IMG/VR virus record: IMGVR_UViG_2695420576_000005
Coordinates: 1-34,113 of that record
DNA from: a virus
Taxonomy: Duplodnaviria > Heunggongvirae > Uroviricota > Caudoviricetes
Strand: one strand, 5' to 3'
Length of the DNA: 34,113 bases
The notes under the pieces were generated by a model. That model did not search any database. It saw only the letters and a list, made by a program, of their open reading frames with translations, and was not told the DNA's origin. Both the position numbers and the translations under genes were made by a program. Of this stretch, positions 19,779 to 32,586 are shown in pieces (within the stretch, counting starts at the first letter, position 1; each line of letters starts with the position of its first letter).

Positions 19779-20472
19779 CCGGGACTGCAGTGTCTCCCGG
19801 ACGTCATCCAGAAGATGGCTGTAGGGGTTGCCATCCACCTTATGGCTGCCGCTGTAAATCAGCGTGATTTCCACACCCTGTTTCTCCAGCGCAGCACCGT
19901 AATTACTGTGAGCCATCATGACGCCGATGGAGCCTGTCCGGGCGGTCTGCGTGACCAGACGCCGGGAGGCAGCACTGGCAAGCAGCTGACCTGCACTGCA
20001 GTTCATGTCGTTGGCCAGCGCCCATACCGGTTTTATGTCACGCACACGGGCGATGATGTCAGCGCAGTCAAATGCTCCCGCCACCATTCCGCCTGGCGTG
20101 TCCATATCGAGCAGAATGCCGTCCACCATCGGATCGCTGGCAGCCTGTTGCAGACGGGCGATAATGCCGTTGTAACCGGTCATCCCCGAATACGGCTGCA
20201 GCGCCCGCGTCCGGCTGACCAGCGTGCCGGACACCGGCAGCACGGCGATGCCGTTCATGACCTGATAACTGCGGGCCTGTCGTGGTCCGTCATCATCACC
20301 GGATAACGCCAGCGTCGCGGGTGCCTCTCCGGCAGTCAGACTGTCGCCGGATACCGCATCCGTCAGGCGGCTGATCCCAAGCTGGCCTGCAAGCGCACAA
20401 AAGAAAACCCGCGCATAGGCGGGTTCAAGCATCAGCGGCTCATTAAAGGCCATACTGGCAATATGCGGGAGA

Positions 20473-20492
<20 letters not shown>
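19173..20492 (-). CDS. C: head maturation protease / scaffold C
   Basis: Track ORF 19173..20627; the lambda-equivalent start codon is GTG at 20490-20492 (VTAELRNLPHIASMAFNEPLMLEPAYARVFF...), giving 439 codons with the lambda-like ~20-nt overlap with B. Confidence 0.85.
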
Positions 20493-24173
<3,681 letters not shown>

Positions 24174-24199
<26 letters not shown>

Positions 24200-24719
24200 T
24201 CAGCAACCCCGGTATCAGTTCATCCAGCGCGGCTGCTTTGTTCATGGCTTTGATGATATCCCGTTTCAGGAAATCAACATGTCGGTTTTCCAGTTCCGGA
24301 AAACGCCGCTGCACCGACAGGGGGATCCCGTCGAGAATACTGGCAATTTCACCTGCGATACGCGACAGCACGAAAGTACAGAATGCGGTTTCCACCACTT
24401 CAGCGGAGTCTCTGGCATTTTTCAGCTCCTGTGCATCGGCCTGCGCACGCGTAAGTCGATGGCGTTCGTACTCAATAGTCCCTGGCTGGAGATCTGTCTC
24501 GCTGGCCTGCAGCAGTTCTTCAACCTCCCGGCGCAGCTTTTCGTTCTCAATTTCAGCATCCCTTTCGGCATACCATTTTATGACGGCGGCAGAGTCATAA
24601 AGCACCTCATTACCCTTGCCACCGCCTCGCAGAACGGGCATTCCCTGTTCCTGCCAGTTCTGAATGGTACGGATACTCGCACCGAAAATGTCAGCCAGCT
24701 GCTTTTTGTTGACTTCCAT
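24174..24719 (-). CDS. Nu1: terminase small subunit Nu1
   Basis: 181-aa ORF MEVNKKQLADIFGASIRTIQNWQEQGMPVLRGGGKGNEVLYDSAAVIKWYAERD..., lambda gpNu1. Confidence 0.95.
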
Positions 24720-24935
24720 TGCTCATTCCACGGACAAAAACAGAGAAAGGAAACGACAGAGGCCAAAAAGCTCGCTTTCAGGACCTGTCGTTTCCTTTCT
24801 TTTCAGGGGGTGTTTTAAATAAAAACATTAGGTTACGGCGAAGAAGAACGGAAACACCTTAAACCGGAAAATTTTCATAAATAGCGAAAACCCGCGAGGT
24901 CGCCGCCCCGTAACCTGTCGGATCGCCGGAAAGGA
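24720..24935 (-). promoter_or_regulatory. cos packaging site (cosB - cosN - cosQ region); cosN 12-nt cohesive end at 24897..24908
   Basis: Plus-strand aggtcgccgccc at 24897-24908 is the reverse complement of the lambda cohesive end GGGCGGCGACCT. Flanking sequence on both sides matches the lambda left and right ends by recall. Confidence 0.85.
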
Positions 24936-25386
24936 CCCGTTGGCCGTTCTGGTCTACTTCGTAATGGGATTTAATAGCTGAACGACAAAAGTCTTGCGAC
25001 CACAGTCACACAGACCTGAATACACGTCCTGTTTCTTCCACCCCCGCACAGGACTGGCGAGCATGAGGGCCCCCCCCCCGCGAACCATAAACGCGGTAAA
25101 AACCCGGTGTGCATCGTTTTTGATTATTCCCGCACACTCACGCAGAAGGAATTCCCCGTCGGGCTACGGTCATGGTTAATGCGGGAATACGGCGACGATA
25201 CAGCGCAGCTAAAAGGGTAATGGACAGATAGAGCGGTTTATTTCATTCCACAGGATTCTGAGTGCCTCCCTCCGCCAATAGGCTGAGCATCCACCTATAT
25301 AGTTTTAATTTTCATCAATCCATTTAACTATCGTTTAATTGTTGTCACATAGGATTCTGCCGTTTTTAACAATGCAGGATAATAAG

Positions 25387-25680
25387 ATGAAAAAAATGTT
25401 GTTTTCTGCCGCTCTGGCAATGCTTATTACAGGATGTGCTCAACAGACGTTTACTGTTGGAAACAAACCGACAGCAGTAACACCAAAGGAAACCATCACC
25501 CATCATTTCTTCGTTTCGGGAATTGGACAGGAGAAAACTGGTGATGCAGCCAAAATTTGTGGCGGCGCAGAAAATGTTGTTAAAACAGAAACCCAGCAAA
25601 CATTCGTAAATGGATTGCTCGGTTTTATTACTTTAGGCATTTATACTCCGCTGGAAGCGCGTGTCTATTGCTCACAATAA
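25387..25680 (+). CDS. bor: Bor lipoprotein (serum-resistance lipoprotein family)
   Basis: Track ORF 25339..25680; lambda-equivalent start MKKMLFSAALAMLITGCAQQTFTV... (ATG 25387-25389, AGGA RBS); lipobox LITGC; 97 aa; opposite strand to the lysis genes as in lambda. Confidence 0.9.
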   Translation: MKKMLFSAALAMLITGCAQQTFTVGNKPTAVTPKETITHHFFVSGIGQEKTGDAAKICGGAENVVKTETQQTFVNGLLGFITLGIYTPLEARVYCSQ

Positions 25681-25711
25681 TTGCATGAGTTGCCCATCGA
25701 TATGGGCAGCT

Positions 25712-26173
25712 CTATCTGCACTGCTCATTAATATACTTCTGGGTTCCTTCCAGTTGTTTTTGCATCGTGATCAGCCTCTCTCTGAGGGTGAAATAATCCC
25801 GTTCAGCGGTGTCTGCCAGTCGGGGGGAGGCTGCATTATCCACGCCGGAGGCGGTGGTGGCTTCACGCACTGACTGACAGACTGCTTTGATGTGCAACCG
25901 ACGACGACCAGCGGCAACATCATCACGCAGAGCATCATTTTCAGCTTTCGCATCAGCTAACTCCTTCGTGTATTTTGCATCGAGCGCAGCAACATCACGC
26001 TGACGCATCTGCATGTCAGTAATTGCCGCATTCGCCAGCTTCAGTTCTCTGGCATTTTTGTCGCGCTGGGCTTTGTAGGTAATGGCGTTATCACGGTAAT
26101 GATTAACAGTCCATAACAGGCAGACGATGATGCAGATGAGCAGAGCGGAGATAATCGCGGTTAACCGACTCAG
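25712..26173 (-). CDS. Rz: Rz i-spanin; start codon uncertain (lambda ATG position is CTG here)
   Basis: Track ORF 25712..26302. From ...[37 protein letters not shown]... to ...KYINEQCR it is near-identical to lambda Rz, but the codon at the lambda Met position is CTG (26171-26173). In-frame GTGs lie 10-12 codons upstream. Confidence 0.7.
   Translation of the reverse strand: MSRLTAIISALLICIIVCLLWTVNHYRDNAITYKAQRDKNARELKLANAAITDMQMRQRDVAALDAKYTKELADAKAENDALRDDVAAGRRRLHIKAVCQSVREATTASGVDNAASPRLADTAERDYFTLRERLITMQKQLEGTQKYINEQCR
25771..25953 (-). CDS. Rz1: Rz1 o-spanin lipoprotein (embedded in Rz, +1 frame)
   Basis: 60-aa [63 protein letters not shown]; lipobox VVGC and proline-rich region as in lambda Rz1. 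Confidence 0.85.
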   Translation of the reverse strand: MRKLKMMLCVMMLPLVVVGCTSKQSVSQCVKPPPPPAWIMQPPPDWQTPLNGIISPSERG

Positions 26174-26261
26174 GACATCAACACTCCAACAGCCAGAAAC
26201 CACGGCCACGCATCGTTGCCATTGAATGCGAGCAACGCTGCCATGAAAAAGCAAATCATGC

Positions 26262-26759
26262 TCATTGTTGCCCCCACAAACAGACTTCACGCTCAATCTC
26301 ACGGCGAGTCATCAGCCCTTTCCATTGCTTACCGCCAGCGTATGTCCAGCGCCGTAGCTGATCACATGCGCCTTTGATATCGCCCTGGTTTATTTTGCGA
26401 AGAAGCGTCGATGTTCTGAAATTGCCAGCGCCCACGTTGTAAACGAATGAGTAAAGAGCGCCGCGCGTTGTTTCCGGTATATCGACTGTGATGTACGGGT
26501 TAATTTGTCTGGCGACAGTGGCAAGGTCTTTATTCAGGAGGGCTTTGCATTCTGCTTCGGTATACGTTTTACCGAGCATGATGTCTTTTCCGGTGTGTCC
26601 GTGACATACAGTCCATACGCCAACGATATCTTTGTATGGTATGTAGCTGACACCTTCCAGGCCATCGTCACCACTCGGACCAGTGATGAGCACAGACGCT
26701 ATGGCAACAGCCCCACCACCAATAGCAGCAGCAATAGCCTTGCGTAATGATGGCGACAT
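26262..26759 (-). CDS. R: SAR endolysin (phage-21 / T4-lysozyme-like muramidase with N-terminal signal-anchor-release segment)
   Basis: 165-aa ORF; N-terminal Gly/Ala-rich weak TM segment ([28 protein letters not shown]) followed by a lysozyme-like domain; not lambda R transglycosylase. Resembles phage 21 R / DLP12 RrrD by recall. Confidence 0.85.
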   Translation of the reverse strand: MSPSLRKAIAAAIGGGAVAIASVLITGPSGDDGLEGVSYIPYKDIVGVWTVCHGHTGKDIMLGKTYTEAECKALLNKDLATVARQINPYITVDIPETTRGALYSFVYNVGAGNFRTSTLLRKINQGDIKGACDQLRRWTYAGGKQWKGLMTRREIEREVCLWGQQ

Positions 26760-26974
26760 TATTCACCTCTCGCAGCCTTACGCTTATCTTCTTTAATCTT
26801 GAAATAAAGGTTTGTCAGATACGTCAGCAAGCCAAATACCAGACTACCCAGCACACCTATTGCCGCCCACTGTGAGGGCGTGACTTTATCGAGCAACTGT
26901 AAAAACCAGTACCCGGCACTACCTGCTGAGGTGCCATAGGCGACACCCGTTGTTAACTTATCCATGGATTTCAT
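26759..26974 (-). CDS. S: pinholin S (phage-21 type), dual-start MKSM motif
   Basis: 71-aa [74 protein letters not shown] with two TM segments and Met1/Met4 dual start, like S21 / DLP12 EssD. Confidence 0.85.
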
Positions 26975-27106
26975 AACCCCACCTCGCAGACAAAGCGGGT
27001 GTAAATTAAGGGGATACTACGTATCGCAATAAAGGCAGAAACGTAACAGATTTGGAGTCAGTGAATAACTCAGGTATTGGGTTATCAGCTAATATCGAGA
27101 CTCAAA

Positions 27107-27134
27107 AAATGGAAAAACCCGCTCGACGGCGGGT
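27107..27134 (-). terminator. rho-independent terminator about 130 nt upstream of S
   Basis: Hairpin acccgctcgacggcgggt (27117-27134) followed on the minus strand by TTTTTCCATTTTTTGAG. Confidence 0.5.
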
Positions 27135-27563
27135 TTAAGCTGTGTGACGAAGTAACCACTCTTAACAGCATAACCAATTTTTTACGTACGTAAACTACTA
27201 AATGATATTTGTGAGAATGCCACCGAGTGTTCAAAACACCACCACAAATACATAAGAAAACTTCAACAAATAACCAATGAATAATTTCCGATGTTATTTT
27301 TAGTTTGTTTAAATTAAGCTAAAGAATTATAGAGCGCTTATAAATAAGTGCCATTAATATAAATTAGCTAATAGATTTATTTTCGTTCAAACAAGAGCCA
27401 TGAATAGGATTAGATAGAAAAGGTTCAGATAAAAATAGAGATCTACTTCACAAATTAAATGAGAAACTAAAACTTACATCTTGAAATAATCGCATTGATT
27501 AGATGAATATTTATCGCGCAGTGACATCATTTTTTAATAATAGTTCAAAAAAAAGGGCGTACA

Positions 27564-28684
27564 ATGAAAAAATTAACAGTGGCAATTTCTGCTGTAGCTG
27601 CATCAGTACTGATGGCGATGTCTGCTCAGGCAGCTGAAATTTATAATAAAGACAGTAACAAGCTGGATCTATACGGGAAAGTTAATGCCAAGCACTACTT
27701 TTCCTCTAATGATGCAGATGATGGTGATACTACTTATGCCCGTCTTGGCTTCAAAGGTGAAACCCAAATCAACGATCAACTGACTGGTTTCGGTCAGTGG
27801 GAATATGAATTCAAAGGCAACCGTGCTGAATCTCAAGGTTCTTCCAAAGACAAAACCCGTCTTGCATTTGCAGGCCTGAAATTTGGTGATTACGGCTCAA
27901 TCGATTACGGCCGTAACTACGGTGTAGCATACGACATCGGTGCGTGGACTGACGTCCTGCCAGAATTCGGTGGTGATACCTGGACCCAAACAGATGTGTT
28001 CATGACTGGTCGCACTACTGGTGTTGCAACTTATCGTAACAACGACTTCTTTGGTCTGGTCGATGGCCTGAACTTTGCTGCTCAGTATCAGGGTAAAAAT
28101 GACCGCACTGACGTAACTGAAGCCAACGGTGATGGTTTCGGTTTCTCCACTACTTATGAGTATGAAGGATTCGGCGTGGGTGCAACCTATGCTAAATCAG
28201 ATCGCACTGACGGTCAGGTCGCCTATGGTAAGAGCAAATTCAATGCCTCCGGCAAAAATGCGGAAGTATGGGCTGCAGGCCTGAAATATGATGCGAACAA
28301 TATCTATCTGGCTACCACATATTCTGAAACTCAGAATATGACCGTTTTTGGTAATAACCATATTGCAAACAAAGCACAAAACTTTGAAGCAGTAGCACAA
28401 TATCAGTTTGACTTCGGTCTGCGACCATCTGTTGCTTACCTTCAGTCAAAAGGTAAAGACCTTGGTGTTCATGGTGACCGAGACTTAGTCAAGTATGTCG
28501 AGTCTTAGTCAAGTATGTCGATGTAGTCAAGTATGTCGATGTCGGTGCTACTTACTACTTTAATAAAAACATGTCCACTTTTGTTGATTACAAAATCAAC
28601 TTAATTGACGATAGTAAGTTTACCAAAACAGCTGGTATTGATACCGACGACATCGTCGCTGTAGGTCTGGTTTATCAGTTCTAA
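27564..28684 (+). pseudogene. nmpC: prophage-encoded OmpC/NmpC-family general porin, reading frame broken 60 codons from the 3' end
   Basis: ORF 27564..28508 (314 aa with signal peptide [23 protein letters not shown], then [16 protein letters not shown]...). Downstream in another frame is an intact porin C-terminus ...[54 protein letters not shown] (stop 28682-28684). Confidence 0.85.
28485..28539 (+). repeat. imperfect tandem triplication of a 16-20 nt unit (ttagtcaagtatgtcga) causing a 38-nt insertion in the porin gene
   Basis: Copies at 28485-28501, 28505-28521 and 28524-28539, separated by gtc and tg. Deleting 28486-28523 restores a continuous porin frame. Confidence 0.8.
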
Positions 28685-28705
28685 TCTGACTTACGAAAAA
28701 GATAT

Positions 28706-28731
28706 GTTGCGGGAGGCTTTGCCTCCGCAAC
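28706..28731. terminator. GC hairpin between the convergent porin and Q genes (candidate bidirectional terminator / tR')
   Basis: gttgcgggaggc-ttt-gcctccgcaac stem-loop; on the minus strand it is followed by ATATCTTTTT; lies 22 nt after the ancestral porin stop. Confidence 0.45.
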
Positions 28732-28821
28732 ATATAAGTGGAGCCCTCAAGCCACTTCCTTTAGAAGCACTACCTTGCTTCTTACTATATAAACCTTCTG
28801 TTATATATTACCCTTTATTTT

Positions 28822-28846
28822 GGGGGCGTTTCCACGCCCCATTTTT
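28822..28846 (+). terminator. rho-independent terminator-like hairpin just 3' of Q (plus-strand orientation)
   Basis: 7-bp stem ggggcgt/acgcccc with ttcc loop (28823-28840) followed by ATTTTTAAT on the plus strand. Confidence 0.4.
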
Positions 28847-28872
28847 AATAACTTTTAGTAAACAATTGCATA

Positions 28873-29256
28873 TCAATTAGAATTATTAGCAACGATATCC
28901 ATATCTAACCGGATATCTAATGCCATTAACATCCCTTCAATTATGCCCTCAGCCTTCTGTAACCTTTTCCCGATATAACCATCCGAGCAGCAATGCTTAC
29001 TTGCCAGTGACATGAATGTCATACCACATACATAATAATCTACTAATAAATCGTGTAAATCGCTGTTGTTCTTTTTCAGACGGGCCATGCACCCGCAAAT
29101 GATCATCGCGTCATCGTCACAACATTGCGGGCGAGATTTTACTTTTGAAGGAATTAATCCCTTAAAACCGGCGGCAACGGACGACCAGGTCACATCTTCA
29201 TGATTATTAGCCGCCCACGCTCCCCAACGCTCAAGAACCATCTGAATATCACGCAT
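28873..29256 (-). CDS. Q: late-gene antiterminator Q (DLP12 QuuD / phage-82-type)
   Basis: Track ORF 28873..29271; likely start [24 protein letters not shown]... (ATG 29254-29256, GGAG RBS); Cys-rich zinc-binding region [19 protein letters not shown]; positioned immediately upstream of the lysis region. Confidence 0.8.
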   Translation of the reverse strand: MRDIQMVLERWGAWAANNHEDVTWSSVAAGFKGLIPSKVKSRPQCCDDDAMIICGCMARLKKNNSDLHDLLVDYYVCGMTFMSLASKHCCSDGYIGKRLQKAEGIIEGMLMALDIRLDMDIVANNSN

Positions 29257-29341
29257 CAACTTACTCCACAAAAATCAGACCAGAACGCCAATTACAAGCA
29301 AAAATCAACAAAACAGTATTAGTTGATTGTTATCTCTGACT

Positions 29342-29482
29342 TCATACTCCTGCTCCTGTCAGGGTTTTGGCGTAATTCTTCAGTATTCGGTAATCGGTCA
29401 AAACAGAACCAGGAAAACGATATAAGCGCAGGCGCACCCAGCGGCGGCGAAGACGCTCTGCCATATAAGACTCAAACATCAT
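29342..29482 (-). CDS. ylcG: YlcG-like small protein (46 aa)
   Basis: Unlisted small [49 protein letters not shown]; its ATG overlaps the rusA stop (ATGA); same position as ylcG in DLP12. Confidence 0.5.
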   Translation of the reverse strand: MMFESYMAERLRRRWVRLRLYRFPGSVLTDYRILKNYAKTLTGAGV

Positions 29483-29841
29483 TCATCTCCCAGTTCGGTG
29501 ATGGTCAGCTCCAGCTTCCCACCTTTGGTAACGGGCATCTTCACAACACGGTAATCAACGACCTGAATATCATCCAGCCAGAAACCTGCTTTGGTGAGTG
29601 CGTCAAAAGCGGCTTTTTGCAGATTATCCAGGTCACGGCGACGGCGATCCGGCATGTGGCACTCAATACGGATTTTAAAAGGCATAGCCAAGCCGATATC
29701 CAGCATTGCGTTTTTAATGATTCGGGCGACGTTATCGCAGTATGCCTGCCCCTCTGCGCTGACGTGCGTGCGCCCACGATTATGGCGGTAATAGCGATTA
29801 TTGCTCGGAGGCCAAGGTAATGTGATGCTGTAGGTATTCAC
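29479..29841 (-). CDS. rusA: Holliday junction resolvase RusA
   Basis: 120-aa [94 protein letters not shown]..., RusA family. Confidence 0.9.
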   Translation of the reverse strand: MNTYSITLPWPPSNNRYYRHNRGRTHVSAEGQAYCDNVARIIKNAMLDIGLAMPFKIRIECHMPDRRRRDLDNLQKAAFDALTKAGFWLDDIQVVDYRVVKMPVTKGGKLELTITELGDE

Positions 29842-30128
29842 GCCTCAATAACCCCCTCTTTCAACCAGATAACCTGTGTTCTCGCCATACCTTCCAGCGC
29901 GCATTCTTTTGCATATCCAGCGTCAACAAAATGCGTGCGACGGTCGATTTCGTCGTGGCAGGCAGAACATGCAATGGTGGCAATCAGGTCTGGCGGTTTG
30001 ATACCGGTACCGCACAATCCAGCCAGCCGGATATGTGCCAGTACTGACGTTTCAGGATTGCCATTACATACGCCAGGGATTCTTACCTGGCATTCCCGAC
30101 CACGCGCTGCTTTTCTCAAATCAGCCAT
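29838..30128 (-). CDS. ybcO: YbcO-like Cys-rich nin-region protein (DUF1364)
   Basis: Track ORF 29838..30167; likely start [42 protein letters not shown]... (ATG 30126-30128) overlapping the ninE stop. Confidence 0.7.
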   Translation of the reverse strand: MADLRKAARGRECQVRIPGVCNGNPETSVLAHIRLAGLCGTGIKPPDLIATIACSACHDEIDRRTHFVDAGYAKECALEGMARTQVIWLKEGVIEA

Positions 30129-30291
30129 GATTCCTCCTTGCTGCCAGTCGCAACCATTTTTTATCAACCAGGCTGGCGGTATACCCGAGCAGTGTTGGTA
30201 TTTCGGATGGCTTCAGCTCAGGTTTACGCTTACGACGATTTGGTACTTTGTAGATGTGTCCGTTCATGATACGAATAAGCGGTGTAGCCAT
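30121..30291 (-). CDS. ninE: NinE-like small protein (56 aa)
   Basis: Unlisted [59 protein letters not shown]; its ATG overlaps the ninB stop (TAATG) and its stop overlaps the ybcO start. Confidence 0.5.
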   Translation of the reverse strand: MATPLIRIMNGHIYKVPNRRKRKPELKPSEIPTLLGYTASLVDKKWLRLAARRNHG

Positions 30292-30746
30292 TACGCCTCC
30301 TGCTTGTCGCGCAGCAGCTGGAACTCGCAGCGCTGCGGAATAGTCAGGTGGCAGCCAATATTCATCGCCCAGGCTTCAACCTTACACAGGAAGACATACA
30401 TCTCTCCGGTATCAAGATCGGAGGTATGGCGTAACGACTGGATAGTAGTGATTTCGCCGGTTACGACATCAACCAGGTCCTTGGTTTCATAACCGAGGTA
30501 TGTGTGTTTGAGAGCATCTTTTACCCATGCTGCGGTAGCGAACGATTTCCCCCTGCTGATGAGGTATTCACTGATTTCGCTGTACCACATATGGCTGAGT
30601 GCATTCTGGGAAAGACTGCGTTTCTCACGCCACGGTTTAAGCACCATGCGAAAGCATTTTCCGTCCTCCAGATAAGGCTGGATCTGCTGGCCGAAAGCGG
30701 TGAAGTTGCCGCGATGCAATTTGATGCCATCTTGTGGGAGGTTCAC
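30291..30746 (-). CDS. ninB: NinB/YbcN-family recombination protein
   Basis: 151-aa ORF (GTG start) [62 protein letters not shown]..., NinB/Orf family as in DLP12 ybcN. Confidence 0.85.
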   Translation of the reverse strand: MNLPQDGIKLHRGNFTAFGQQIQPYLEDGKCFRMVLKPWREKRSLSQNALSHMWYSEISEYLISRGKSFATAAWVKDALKHTYLGYETKDLVDVVTGEITTIQSLRHTSDLDTGEMYVFLCKVEAWAMNIGCHLTIPQRCEFQLLRDKQEA

Positions 30747-30844
30747 GATTCACCTCCGCAGAGGCCAAACGCTGGATGCAAAAAATCGCAGGTGCATTTC
30801 TGCATCTGTGAATGGAGAAGATAGGTTGGATTGTATGTGCGCAT
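30743..30844 (-). CDS. ylcH: YlcH-like small ORF (33 aa)
   Basis: Unlisted [36 protein letters not shown]; its stop overlaps the ninB GTG start (GTGA). Weak support: size and position only. Confidence 0.3.
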   Translation of the reverse strand: MRTYNPTYLLHSQMQKCTCDFLHPAFGLCGGES

Positions 30845-31229
30845 AAACGTCCCCGTTTAGCGCAGAAGTCACAGGAGTTGTTCAGGCTCCGGTGATACAA
30901 TTATGGCGAATTGATTATTCATAATCAAACAAGATAAGGTCTCAAACTTCATGCAAGCCAAGATTTATTTCTGACAGAATTATACAAAGAAGCTATTGGT
31001 CAGAATCTACTCGGACTGTAAAACATACGCATAACCTTAAGCTCTCACTTTAAGCATTGTTGAAATAATAGCCGTCAAGTACAACCTTAACCACGACTGG
31101 GATATTTCCCTAGCTACCACGAGTTGTACTGCTATTAAACTGCCGTTAAATTCAGTAAGAGAATTTCATCCGATAAGTCAAGGCATGTAAAACATAAAAA
31201 TTAACAAGATATTATCATCTGCAACACTA

Positions 31230-32237
31230 TTGTATGGTATGTCAATGGCCATGTCGGTCGGGAGTTGTGCAACACCTGTCCAGACTAATTTTCCTGGTTA
31301 CACCCCGGGTGCAGATATCATTAGTGTTTCACCCACCAGAAACCAGGTCGATCTCATTGGTGATGTTGTTTATTCCCAGATAAAAGGAACTCGTTCTGTC
31401 AGACAGCTTCACATGTCAGTTCTTGTCCCGCGAACAAATGATTTAAAACCAGCCATTATTTATTATCCCGGCGGCGGATTCATGTCTTCTGAACATGACA
31501 AATTTATTGAAATGAGAATGGCTCTGGCTGAAGCTGGTTTTGTTGTGGCCGCTGTAGAATACAGAACAATTCCTGATACATTTCCAGCACCAGTTGAGGA
31601 TGGGAAAGCTGCAATACGTTACTTGAGAGAACATGCCAGCGATTATGGGATTGATCCTCAAAGAATCGGAGTTCTGGGTGACTCTGCCGGTGGATGGCTT
31701 GCCCAGATGATGGGAACTACAAATGGTGACAAAACCTTTAATAAAGGTGACTTTCTTCAGCAATCAGCAGATGTTCAGGCAGTTGCCACACTTTATGGGA
31801 TTTCTGACTTGTTGAATATTGGCGAGGGGTTCCCTGAATCAGTGCAGGAGGTTCATCGATCTCCTGCCGTAACCGAAGCCTTAATGATCAATGGCCCTGC
31901 ATTCAGAAGTTTTGCGGGAGCCCCCATAACAGCGTCAAAAGAAAAAGCGCTAAACGCCAGTCCAATCGGACATATGAAAGGAGTAAAACCCCCATTTCTT
32001 ATTATGCATGGTAGCAAAGACACTCTGGTTTCACCTGAGCAAAGCGCCAAACTATTCAGGATGTTGAAGAAGAACGGCGATAACGCTGAGTACGTTCTGG
32101 TAGAAGGGGCTGAGCATGGCGATAATACATGGTATCAGCCAATTATTATAAACAGAGTTGTTGAGTGGTTTACTAAAAACCTGGGAACCCCCATAAAAAC
32201 CGCTACCCAACAACAAAAAACAAACGCTGACCTGTAA
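31230..32237 (+). CDS. alpha/beta-hydrolase-fold esterase/lipase (HSL-type, GDSAGG nucleophile elbow); N-terminus/start unresolved
   Basis: Track ORF 31230..32237 (TTG start, 335 aa) with YYPGGGF oxyanion-hole-like motif and GDSAGG serine motif. The frame is open back to TAA at 31188-31190 and encodes a lipoprotein-like signal (KILSSATLLYGMSMAMSVGSC) without a clean ATG. Confidence 0.7.
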   Translation: MYGMSMAMSVGSCATPVQTNFPGYTPGADIISVSPTRNQVDLIGDVVYSQIKGTRSVRQLHMSVLVPRTNDLKPAIIYYPGGGFMSSEHDKFIEMRMALAEAGFVVAAVEYRTIPDTFPAPVEDGKAAIRYLREHASDYGIDPQRIGVLGDSAGGWLAQMMGTTNGDKTFNKGDFLQQSADVQAVATLYGISDLLNIGEGFPESVQEVHRSPAVTEALMINGPAFRSFAGAPITASKEKALNASPIGHMKGVKPPFLIMHGSKDTLVSPEQSAKLFRMLKKNGDNAEYVLVEGAEHGDNTWYQPIIINRVVEWFTKNLGTPIKTATQQQKTNADL

Positions 32238-32242
32238 AAAGC

Positions 32243-32262
32243 AGCCCGCACTTATGCGGGCT
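32243..32262. terminator. bidirectional terminator hairpin between convergent esterase and recombinase genes
   Basis: Stem agcccgca/tgcgggct with ctta loop (32243-32262), flanked by an A run upstream and a T-containing tract downstream. Confidence 0.5.
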
Positions 32263-32586
32263 AACCTATTTCACTCGATTCAAAAGAAATTATTTTTAAT
32301 GGGGGCGTGACCAGCCTCTCGGTGCTCAGATACTTAATGAAGTGGAGTGGCATTCAGGCAAGAGGTTAACATCACCTGTTCGCCATAACCAAGCACGTGC
32401 ACAAAGTTTGTTATCAGTGAATTGTTTTGTGATTGGGTATTGTTGAGCTACTAGAGCAAGAATGCCAACATCCAGTGGCAGTGCCTATAGTAAAACTATA
32501 GCTCAGGGCGCTTCGTTCAAGATAGTTAATATCATATTAGTCACTTTACTTTCATACCATAGCACGGTTGAAAAAGTGATTATTAC

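Noticed and set aside
24909-25386. Possible coding region between cos and bor (track ORF 24994..25179)
   Set aside because: This is the lambda right-end non-coding region by recall; the 61-aa ORF has no start context and crosses the poly-C tract.
25366-26302. Minus-strand ORF 25366..25599 and plus-strand ORF 25661..25873 around bor and Rz
   Set aside because: They overlap bor and Rz/Rz1, whose frames are supported by lambda homology. Rz1, also embedded, is retained because it has lipoprotein features and lambda identity.
28706-28846. Assigning the Q-dependent late promoter pR' and qut to a specific site
   Set aside because: No convincing -35/-10 pair could be identified by eye between the Q stop and the porin 3' end; only the hairpins are reported.
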